A DNA stretch of 63,502 nucleotides, the filler included, from Clostridiaceae bacterium (GTDB taxonomy: Bacteria > Bacillota > Clostridia > CAYPLH01 > DUMO01): the NCBI GenBank assembly GCA_012839865.1. It is 4 parts of 4 records of this genome, joined end to end, with 100 filler letters (N's around TTAATTAATTAA, not from the genome) between each part and the next. Parts side by side here need not be neighbours in the genome. Positions count along the whole stretch, not along the records: positions 55,444 to 63,502 come from DUMO01000071.1; 3 more parts are not named here. One strand, given 5' to 3'. Shown here piece by piece: positions 55,858-63,502 of this stretch. Positions within the stretch are counted from its first letter, which is position 1; the number at the start of each line of letters is the position of its first letter. Both the position numbers and the translations under genes were made by a program. The notes beneath the pieces were generated by a model, which did not search any database, was not told the origin of the DNA, and saw nothing but the letters and a program-made list of their open reading frames with translations.

Positions 55858-58167
55858 ATGCTATTGAGAACACGTACATATAAACTAAAAACAATTATAA
55901 TTTTTATTGTTGCAATAACGGTGGTTGTTTCATATACCGCAGCAGCTATGGTTTTATATGTAAACACCTCTGATTTTCTAAAAGAAAAAGTAATAAACTC
56001 GAGCTATTCAAACGCATTGCAGATATCAAAGAAAGTAGAAATGTGTTTTTCCGAAGTTGAAAATCTCACAAAAAGAATTTCAACCAGCAATGATCTGAAG
56101 GAATATATCAAAGAATACTATCAAAGAAAGCACATACCCTTTGATAAAGTATATTTAACCGAAAAACTCTCATGGGGCGACTGGTATCTTCTGTATATTG
56201 AGGAACTGGAATCAGGTAACAGCAGCCGGAAATTCATTACTTTTTATATTGTTTTGACTTTTTTGATAAGTGTTTTAATATCTGCCATAGTATCAAAATT
56301 TACTTTAAACAGGCTGATTGAACCTATAAACAGTTTGGTGAATAATATAAGGAAGTACAAGTCAAATGAAGATACTGGCACTTTTTTAAGTATAAAAACA
56401 GGCAAATATGGTATGCGTGAAAGAATACTGCTTTATTATTTTATGGTAGTCATCATACCTTTGGTATTTTTTGTTTTTTCATACATATTGTTTTCAAAAA
56501 GTACAATCCAAAATGAGATAATAGAATCTGAAAAAACTGCATTTTCCCAGACAGCTGAGAATATCAGCCTTTTAATGGGCGGAAAACTGAAAGCAATAAG
56601 CAGTATGTGTTTTGATAAGTCAATTCAGAATGCACTTGTAGAGGAAAAGGAAAAAATTGAAACCGGGCAGTTGTATCAGGTTCTTAACAACTATATGTTA
56701 TTGACAAATGGCTATGATGACATTTCGATCATTAATATGAACGGAGATACTATTCTTTCAACGTATAATAATAATAAAAACTATAATTCGGATTCTGAAT
56801 TGCTGAAGTGGAATGATAAAACAGACATAATCTTTTGGCAAAACACCAGAAAAGATGAGTTGGGCAGATTTGTGTTCAGTGTTGTAATAAGGGTTAGAGG
56901 CGCTGATCTGGACCCGGTTTACGACAGATTTCTGTTAAAGCATATCGGTAATATTGTAATTAACATAGATGAATCAGAACTGGAGCAATTGTACAGGGAT
57001 ATATATTTGAAAAGCAATGCAGATATTTTTATTATTGATAAAAACGGTACGGTTGTGTCAAGTATTGATGACAATTTAATTGGATTAACCTATAGAGAGC
57101 TTGTTAATACAAAATATAGCGACTATCACCCTGTTATTGCTTTCAGTGAAGAAATTGACGGAACACCTTGGATTCTTGTAGGTAATTATGACTATTATTC
57201 TGTTATGGATGAATTCAGATATATACTCTATCCCAGTGCGTTTATACTTATTATTATTGTTCTTTTTCTGATAATTATAACATATGAAATATCCTACAGA
57301 CTCGTAAGCAGGCTTTCAAAAATTAACAAAGCCATGTCAGAAGTGAATTATGGCGTACTCCCAAACGAATTGCCCCGAAACAGCAATATTACAGAAATAG
57401 AAGAGCTTGCTCTGACATTTAATGATATGGTGACAAGAATTGATTCATTGATAGATGACCTTATAATAACTAAAAATCAACAGAAACGACTTGAAACAGA
57501 AAAGCGTGACGTAGAAATCTATGCGTTGCAGTCCCAGATAAAACCTCATTTTCTCTGTAACACCCTTGAATCAATAAGATGCCTGATTAAGGAAAAAAGG
57601 GAAACGGATGCCTTGGATATGCTTAAGGATCTGAGTGATCTTTTTAAATATGGTATTTCCAAAGTTGAAGGATTGATTCCGATAGGCCAGGAACTTGCAC
57701 ATGCTGCAGCTTATACCAGAATCATGAATAAAAGATTTGTTAATATGAAGTTTGTATGGCATATAGATGACAACGCCAAAAGGTTTTTAACCCCAAAAAT
57801 GATACTTCAGCCCGTAATTGAAAATTCTATTAATCATGGACTGGTTCCGCGTAATTCACAGGGTGAAATAAGCATTTACTGTAAAATCACTGATAACAGC
57901 ATCATTTTCAGAGTGGCTGATAATGGGGTTGGTATGGAGGAGACCAGGCTTTTGGAAGTGGAAAACAACCTGAAAAGTTCAAAAAGCAACAGAGTTGGTC
58001 TTGAAAATGTTTATAAAAGGCTGAAGCTGTGTTTCGGGGACGAAACAGATATTATTATTGACAGTACTGAAAAGATTGGTACTTCAGTTACAATAAAGAT
58101 TCCTAAAGTCAATGAAGGAAATTATGAATCTTTGAAATGTCGATATAATTTTATACATTTTCCATAA
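55858..58167 (+). CDS. YesM-like sensor histidine kinase with a duplicated TM-sensor-TM module
   Basis: Four TM segments, HAMP, LQSQIKPHFL.NTLE, QPVIENSINHG, DNGVG, GLENV. Confidence 0.92.
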   Translation: MLLRTRTYKLKTIIIFIVAITVVVSYTAAAMVLYVNTSDFLKEKVINSSYSNALQISKKVEMCFSEVENLTKRISTSNDLKEYIKEYYQRKHIPFDKVYLTEKLSWGDWYLLYIEELESGNSSRKFITFYIVLTFLISVLISAIVSKFTLNRLIEPINSLVNNIRKYKSNEDTGTFLSIKTGKYGMRERILLYYFMVVIIPLVFFVFSYILFSKSTIQNEIIESEKTAFSQTAENISLLMGGKLKAISSMCFDKSIQNALVEEKEKIETGQLYQVLNNYMLLTNGYDDISIINMNGDTILSTYNNNKNYNSDSELLKWNDKTDIIFWQNTRKDELGRFVFSVVIRVRGADLDPVYDRFLLKHIGNIVINIDESELEQLYRDIYLKSNADIFIIDKNGTVVSSIDDNLIGLTYRELVNTKYSDYHPVIAFSEEIDGTPWILVGNYDYYSVMDEFRYILYPSAFILIIIVLFLIIITYEISYRLVSRLSKINKAMSEVNYGVLPNELPRNSNITEIEELALTFNDMVTRIDSLIDDLIITKNQQKRLETEKRDVEIYALQSQIKPHFLCNTLESIRCLIKEKRETDALDMLKDLSDLFKYGISKVEGLIPIGQELAHAAAYTRIMNKRFVNMKFVWHIDDNAKRFLTPKMILQPVIENSINHGLVPRNSQGEISIYCKITDNSIIFRVADNGVGMEETRLLEVENNLKSSKSNRVGLENVYKRLKLCFGDETDIIIDSTEKIGTSVTIKIPKVNEGNYESLKCRYNFIHFP

Positions 58168-58360
58168 TATTTCGAACAAATCGAATAAAATCTGTTGTAC
58201 TATATATTCAGTAATACTTAAGTCTATTAAATGCATTTGTTATGACAGTACAGGTTCAGATTTCGCTGAAGTTATTTAGATAAATAACATTTTTTATGAT
58301 TTTTTCAAGACACTTAAGTTAAAGGCTATCAACCACTATCAGAAGAAAGAGGTTGCTTCT

Positions 58361-59221
58361 ATGAAAGTTTCAGTAATGACAAATCTGTTTTCCAGGAAGA
58401 GAAACGGTGAAATGATAAGTACTTTTGAATCAATAGAATATTGCAAGGAAGCAGGGTTCAATGCTTTGGACCTGAGCCTTACCGCACTGTTCCGAAACGA
58501 AAGTGAGTTCAATGCCGAGAATTGGCGTGAGCTGGCTGTTGCACTAAGAGAAAAAGCTGACAGGCTCGGTGTTAGTTTTTTTCAGTCTCACTTGCCATAT
58601 GGGTTTTCCAGGGTTGTGTATGGAGTCGGAGAAGGAGAGTTTCTGGTGGAAATGACACACAGAGCTTTAGAAATAAGCAGCATTGCAGGAGTTAAATGGG
58701 CGGTTGTTCATCCTGTCAACTGTGTCGGGACTTCATGTGAAGATACTGAAGCACATCTAAAGGCAAACCATCAGGCTTATGATCAATTTGTCAATAAAGC
58801 AAAGGACCTTGGTATTGGGATAGCATTCGAGAATATGGTGGATACAAAGGTAAGACGTTTTGGCTCTCTGGCAACAGAACTGGTTGCCCTGGTAGACTCC
58901 TTTACTTGTGAAAATGTTGGTGTGTGCTGGGACTTTGGGCATGGTGCCCTTATGTATGAGAACCAGACAGAAGGTATACGAAGAGTGGGAAAGAGGCTGA
59001 AGGCTGTACATGTAGCTGACAACTGGGGGGCAAATGATGATCATATGCCGCCGTTCATAGGAAACAACAACTGGGAAGAGATAATGAAGGTACTAAGGGA
59101 AATAGGATTTGACGGCAATATGGTTTTTGAAGTCAAAATAAACAGTAACATGCCGGACGAGCTTAAGGTTCTCTCTGCAGTTTATTGTGCAAAATTGGGA
59201 GAATATTTAATATCGCTTTAA
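58361..59221 (+). CDS. Sugar-phosphate isomerase/epimerase (AP_endonuc_2 TIM barrel)
   Basis: FENM, WDFGHG, HVADN, HMPPF.G, VFE. Confidence 0.9.
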   Translation: MKVSVMTNLFSRKRNGEMISTFESIEYCKEAGFNALDLSLTALFRNESEFNAENWRELAVALREKADRLGVSFFQSHLPYGFSRVVYGVGEGEFLVEMTHRALEISSIAGVKWAVVHPVNCVGTSCEDTEAHLKANHQAYDQFVNKAKDLGIGIAFENMVDTKVRRFGSLATELVALVDSFTCENVGVCWDFGHGALMYENQTEGIRRVGKRLKAVHVADNWGANDDHMPPFIGNNNWEEIMKVLREIGFDGNMVFEVKINSNMPDELKVLSAVYCAKLGEYLISL

Positions 59222-59273
59222 TTTAGTTTGTCTTATGTACTAAATATAAGCATAGAGAAAGGGTGTTGAAATT

Positions 59274-60629
59274 ATGGATATGATGAATTTAAAGTATGAC
59301 GTGGTTGTCATAGGTTCAGGCCCCGGAGGTCTTCCTGCGGCGATCGCTGCAGCCCGGCAGGGGGCAAAGGTATTAATGATAGAACGTAACAGCTATATTG
59401 GCGGAAATGCAGTTTCAGGGCTGCCTATGCTTGCGTTTCTTGATAAAAAGGGCAGACAGGTTACTGCCGGTATTGCTCAGGAATTTATAGATAAATTAAT
59501 AGCCCGAAAAGCATGTTTTGGGCACAGATTATGTCCAATGCACAACTCAGTAACTGTCATTCAGCCTGACATTTTGAAAATCATTGCATTTGAAACATGC
59601 AAGGATGCAGGCGTAGATATACTTTTGCATTGTGAACCGGTGCGTGTTGATGTTGAAAACCGCAGGCTGAAAAGAGTATTTGTCCTTGGCAAAGGTGACC
59701 TGTTTGCAATAGAGGGCAAGGTTTTTGTCGATGCAACAGGAGATGGTGATGTTGCATACATGGCAGGGGCAGCATATGAAAAAGGAGAAGTATTGCAGCC
59801 TCCTACTTTAATGTTCACGCTGGGCAATTTGAATCATGAAAAATTCTTCGACTATCTTGAAAAAAACCCGGATCAACTGACATATGGAGGGAGAATTGAA
59901 TGCGGTGAAGGATATGATGCCGCATATTTCAGGGCAAGCAAAAATCATGTTTTTGTCGGACTCAGAAAGTTGATCATGGAACTTCGCGAAAAAGGCGAAT
60001 GTCCGATTGACAGGGATACATTTATATATATAAACAGTCCAAATGAAGGTCAGGTATATGTTAACAGCACACGCCACTTGAATGTGGATGCATCCAATGT
60101 GTTTGATTTAACAAGAGCAGTTACTGAGGGACATATCCAGATAGAAAAACTGGTTGATATGATGCGCAAATACGTACCGGGTTTTGAAAATTGCTATATA
60201 TCCAATATCAATACAAATCTTGGTGTACGTGAAACAAGACGTATCATGGGCATTAAAAAGCTTACGGGAGACAGAATTATTAATGGTGAGGTGCCGGAAG
60301 ATACTATTGCCCTGGGGTCTTATAAAATTGACATCCATAGCGGCAGAGACGATTCAACTATTTTGCAAATACTTGAAGAGCCATATGGTATTCCTTACGG
60401 ATGCCTTGTCAGCAAGGATATTGACGGACTGATGATGAGCGGCAGGTGTATTTCGGTGGATGTGGAAGTCCTTGGTTCTTCAAGAGTCATGCCAACATGT
60501 ATGGCTATCGGGGAAGCTGCCGGAGTGGGTGCAGCATTGGCAGTAAAATATAATATTTTGCCTTCGGAAGTCAACTGTCAGGAAGTCAGAAAAATAATTA
60601 AGGATAATGGTGGAATTCTGAAGGTTTAA
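59274..60629 (+). CDS. FAD-dependent oxidoreductase (PF12831-like)
   Basis: VIGSGPGG, DATGDGDVA, GVRETRR, IPYGCLV, SGRCIS, RVMPTC. Confidence 0.92.
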   Translation: MDMMNLKYDVVVIGSGPGGLPAAIAAARQGAKVLMIERNSYIGGNAVSGLPMLAFLDKKGRQVTAGIAQEFIDKLIARKACFGHRLCPMHNSVTVIQPDILKIIAFETCKDAGVDILLHCEPVRVDVENRRLKRVFVLGKGDLFAIEGKVFVDATGDGDVAYMAGAAYEKGEVLQPPTLMFTLGNLNHEKFFDYLEKNPDQLTYGGRIECGEGYDAAYFRASKNHVFVGLRKLIMELREKGECPIDRDTFIYINSPNEGQVYVNSTRHLNVDASNVFDLTRAVTEGHIQIEKLVDMMRKYVPGFENCYISNINTNLGVRETRRIMGIKKLTGDRIINGEVPEDTIALGSYKIDIHSGRDDSTILQILEEPYGIPYGCLVSKDIDGLMMSGRCISVDVEVLGSSRVMPTCMAIGEAAGVGAALAVKYNILPSEVNCQEVRKIIKDNGGILKV

Positions 60630-60682
60630 TTTAAATAATTAATTGGTAAAAAACTGTAAAAATTTGAATACGTGGTGGAAAT

Positions 60683-62164
60683 ATGAGTTATCTGATGGGG
60701 ATTGACCTGGGTACGTCAGGCGTGAAAGCTTTAATAATGGATCTGGAAGGAAACATAGCCGGGAAAGGGAAAGCAGACTATGGTATTCAAACTCCTGAAA
60801 TTGGTTATGCTGAACAGGATGCAGGGCAGTTGTGGAATGCCACTGTAAGCTCGATAAAACAAGCTTTGTCTGACAGCTCCATTGATCCTTCAGAAATAAA
60901 AAGTATTGGCCTGTCAGGCCAGATGCACGGACTCGTAATCGTAGATAATAAGATGCAGCCAATTCGTCCGGTTATTATCTGGCCTGACCAAAGGTCAAAA
61001 AAGCAGATTGACAGTATTTACAGTATTGCCGGCAGGCAAAGATTAAGAGAAACTACCTTGAATTCGCTGAGCACCGGATTTTTTTTGACATCTCTGATGT
61101 GGATAAAAGAAAATGAGCCCGACAATTACAGAAAAATCTATAAAGCAATTCTGCCAAAGGATTATATAAAATTTAAACTCTGTGGCGTGATTTCAACGGA
61201 GGCAACAGATGCCTCCTCAACTGCTGCTTTCAATACAGCGAAAAGATGTTGGGCGTTTAATCTTATAGAAGAAACCGGTATAGATGCAGATTACTTTCCG
61301 GAGATTGGTGAATCCCTGAAAATATCAGGTACGGTAACAAAAGAATGTGCCGGGCAGACAGGCCTTTGCCATGGAACTCCTGTGATATACGGCGGCGGTG
61401 ATACTTTAATGTATTCTGTCGGGACCGGCATAATAAAACCGGGTATTGTATCTGTCAACATCGGAAGCGGGTGCCAGACAGCAACATCAGTAAATGAACC
61501 GCTTTATGACAAAGAGTTCAGGACAAACACATTCTGTCATGTTAAAAATGACTTATGGCTTATAATTGGAGGACATCTGAACGGCGGTATTACATTAAAG
61601 TGGTTGAAAGAAAAAATGTTTCCAAATATGTCCTTCGCGGATTTTGATGTCAGAGCAAAAGAAATAAATGCCGGAAGCGACGGAGTAATATTCCTGCCTT
61701 ATTTGTCCGGAGAACGTACACCTTATCATGACCCTTCTGCAAAAGCAATCCTGTTCGGTTTGACTTTGGGACATAACTGCAATCATATAATCAGAGCTGC
61801 CATGGAAGGTGTTGTAATGGCAATGAGGTTAAGCCTTGAGATCTTCAGGGAACTGAATATTCCCACTGAAAAGATAGTGGCTTCCGGTGGTGGTGCAAGA
61901 AGTGATATCTGGCTTAAGATGCAGGCGGATATTTTTGATGCTGAAATATGCAGAACAACCAGCTGTGAGGAAGCCTGTACAGGAGCTGCCATTGCAGCCG
62001 GAGTTGGAGCAGGAATATACAACTCAATTGAAGAAGCCTGCTCCAGGATAGTAAGATATAGTCCGGAGGTAACTTATCCGGACAAAGAAAGTGTAAAAGT
62101 TTACAATGAAGCATTTGAAAGGTTCAAATTGTTATATTGCAACAACTTGAATCTCTTTACATGA
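60683..62164 (+). CDS. xylB: FGGY carbohydrate kinase (xylulokinase-like)
   Basis: GIDLGTSGVK, GLSGQMHG, LPYLSGERTP, GGGARS. Confidence 0.85.
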   Translation: MSYLMGIDLGTSGVKALIMDLEGNIAGKGKADYGIQTPEIGYAEQDAGQLWNATVSSIKQALSDSSIDPSEIKSIGLSGQMHGLVIVDNKMQPIRPVIIWPDQRSKKQIDSIYSIAGRQRLRETTLNSLSTGFFLTSLMWIKENEPDNYRKIYKAILPKDYIKFKLCGVISTEATDASSTAAFNTAKRCWAFNLIEETGIDADYFPEIGESLKISGTVTKECAGQTGLCHGTPVIYGGGDTLMYSVGTGIIKPGIVSVNIGSGCQTATSVNEPLYDKEFRTNTFCHVKNDLWLIIGGHLNGGITLKWLKEKMFPNMSFADFDVRAKEINAGSDGVIFLPYLSGERTPYHDPSAKAILFGLTLGHNCNHIIRAAMEGVVMAMRLSLEIFRELNIPTEKIVASGGGARSDIWLKMQADIFDAEICRTTSCEEACTGAAIAAGVGAGIYNSIEEACSRIVRYSPEVTYPDKESVKVYNEAFERFKLLYCNNLNLFT

Positions 62165-62399
62165 AAAGCGTGGAATAAAGATAATTATTCGGCAGCAAAA
62201 TTGCCTGTCAGTGTAAATAATACCGATATAACAAACATAATATTTTGTACATTTACATTAAGATTTTATACAAAATATAAGTGCTAAACAGTTATAATTA
62301 TTCCAGCAAGCAATTTGGTACATTCAGAAATCAGAAGTCAGTTTTTCTTTTAAATTATAATTCGGGTTAAGACAGTTTTTATTTTCGGGGAGATCAAGG

Positions 62400-63377
62400 A
62401 TGAGAAAAAAAGAATCAGTGCTGACATCATCTTCTTTCACTTCCGGAAGAAGTGATGAAAAATTGAAAAAGGCAAAGCTTTTTTTCAGAGAATGCAAAAG
62501 GCACAAGGGCCTGTTGATTATGCTGATTCCAGGAATCGCCTGGTTTATCATATTCAAATATATTCCTATGTACGGAGTTACGATTGCTTTCAAAAATTAC
62601 AGAATACTTAAAGGGATTTTAGGAAGCCCATGGGCAGGGTTCCGTCACTTTGAAAGACTATTCAACAGCAGCCAGTTTGGCAGTGTATTCTGGAATACTT
62701 TAATTTTAGGAATATACAGGCTGATATTTGTATTTCCTGCTTCCATTGCATTTGCGATTCTACTGAATGAAATCACTCACTTAAGATTCAAGAAAGCTGT
62801 TCAGACCATTACTTATTTGCCCCACTTTCTTTCCTGGGTGGTTGTAGCAACTTTTATTCACAATATTTTGTCACCGGTTAACGGTGTTCTAAATATTATA
62901 CTGCAGTTTTTCGGCCTTGGTCCTTATAAGTTCTTAATGATGCCTGAGATTTTCAGAGGAATTTTAATAATTTCGGAAATATGGAAAGGTATGGGATGGG
63001 GAAGTATTGTATACTTGGCAGCTATAACCGGAATAGACCCACAATTATATGAAGCAGCAACAATGGATGGTGTGACACGTATAAAGCAAATTTGGTATAT
63101 CACTATTCCTATGATTTTACCGGTCATTGTCATAATGTTTTTAATGAAAGTAGGAAACATTATGGAAGGCGGAAGAGAACAGATACTTAATCTTTACAAC
63201 CCAATTGTTTACCGTGTTGGTGACGTGCTTGACACATATTCTTACAGGGTTGGACTGGTTGATTTTGATTATAGTTATTCTACCGCAGTAAGCCTTTTCC
63301 AAAACGTTATCGGAATAATATTCCTGTTAGTTTCAAATATTTTTACAAGACGTGTCAGTGATCAGGGGTTATGGTAG
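62400..63377 (+). CDS. Carbohydrate ABC transporter permease (LplB/YteP-like)
   Basis: KYIPMYG, QTITYLPHFLSWVV, EAA motif LYEAATMDG. Confidence 0.93.
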   Translation: MRKKESVLTSSSFTSGRSDEKLKKAKLFFRECKRHKGLLIMLIPGIAWFIIFKYIPMYGVTIAFKNYRILKGILGSPWAGFRHFERLFNSSQFGSVFWNTLILGIYRLIFVFPASIAFAILLNEITHLRFKKAVQTITYLPHFLSWVVVATFIHNILSPVNGVLNIILQFFGLGPYKFLMMPEIFRGILIISEIWKGMGWGSIVYLAAITGIDPQLYEAATMDGVTRIKQIWYITIPMILPVIVIMFLMKVGNIMEGGREQILNLYNPIVYRVGDVLDTYSYRVGLVDFDYSYSTAVSLFQNVIGIIFLLVSNIFTRRVSDQGLW

Positions 63378-63407
63378 TATTTATCAGCCGGTGGGAGGGA
63401 GAATGTT

Positions 63408-63502
63408 ATGGCAAGAAAAAAGAAAATCACCGATATTGTTTTTGACATCTTAAACTATAGTTTCATGATTTTTCTGGTTGTAAGCATGATATATCCTTTT
63501 TG
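63408..63502 (+). CDS. Second carbohydrate ABC permease, N-terminus only (runs off window)
   Basis: MARKKKKITDIVFDILNYSFMIFLVVSMIYPF after GGGAGG RBS. Confidence 0.8.
   Translation, partial: MARKKKITDIVFDILNYSFMIFLVVSMIYPF

Noticed and set aside
926..63160. Numerous short ORF-track entries antisense to or overlapping well-supported genes (e.g. 926-1243, 7770-8366, 8361-8768, 18862-19248, 20330-20803, 53979-54314)
   Set aside because: Shadow ORFs with no motifs or RBS, fully explained by the real gene on another frame or strand.

Overview
This is a low-GC Firmicute (Clostridia) draft-genome window; gene content is consistent with an Acetivibrio/Ruminiclostridium-like spore former. It consists of four contigs (1-13209, 13310-35860, 35961-55343, 55444-63502) joined by artificial 100-nt N spacers carrying TTAATTAATTAA, so adjacency across the gaps is not evidence of linkage. 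Contig 1 is housekeeping and stress: Zn-ADH, pgi, nadE, dedA, ybaK-like, mntP, desulfoferrodoxin, APC permease, Rsm22-like methyltransferase, double P-II and DUF1538. Contig 2 carries a biotin-dependent carboxyltransferase operon lacking any membrane beta subunit, then rluB, ytfJ/ytfI, scpBA, trpS, lysA, an RDD/SpoIIM/MoxR cluster, dacF and an IS3 end. Contigs 3 and 4 hold uncharacterised sugar-catabolism loci (PF12831-type FAD oxidoreductases, TIM-barrel isomerases, kinases, ROK/LacI/two-component regulators, ABC permeases) with several broken or chimeric genes, plus a GT-B glycosyltransferase, a GNAT-Rnk fusion and a poly-Thr beta-propeller protein. The most interesting signals are non-coding. 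(1) A ~210-nt leader before the carboxyltransferase operon contains a probable Na+-I (DUF1646-type) riboswitch aptamer, preceded by an unrecognised kissing-loop module and followed by a terminator. (2) A ~300-bp cruciform element occurs twice with structure-preserving G-U/G-T changes and GCGAAGC mini-hairpins. (3) There is a MITE-like 30-bp inverted repeat and a family of GC-rich REP-like palindromes. All family assignments come from motif recognition by eye; no searches were run.
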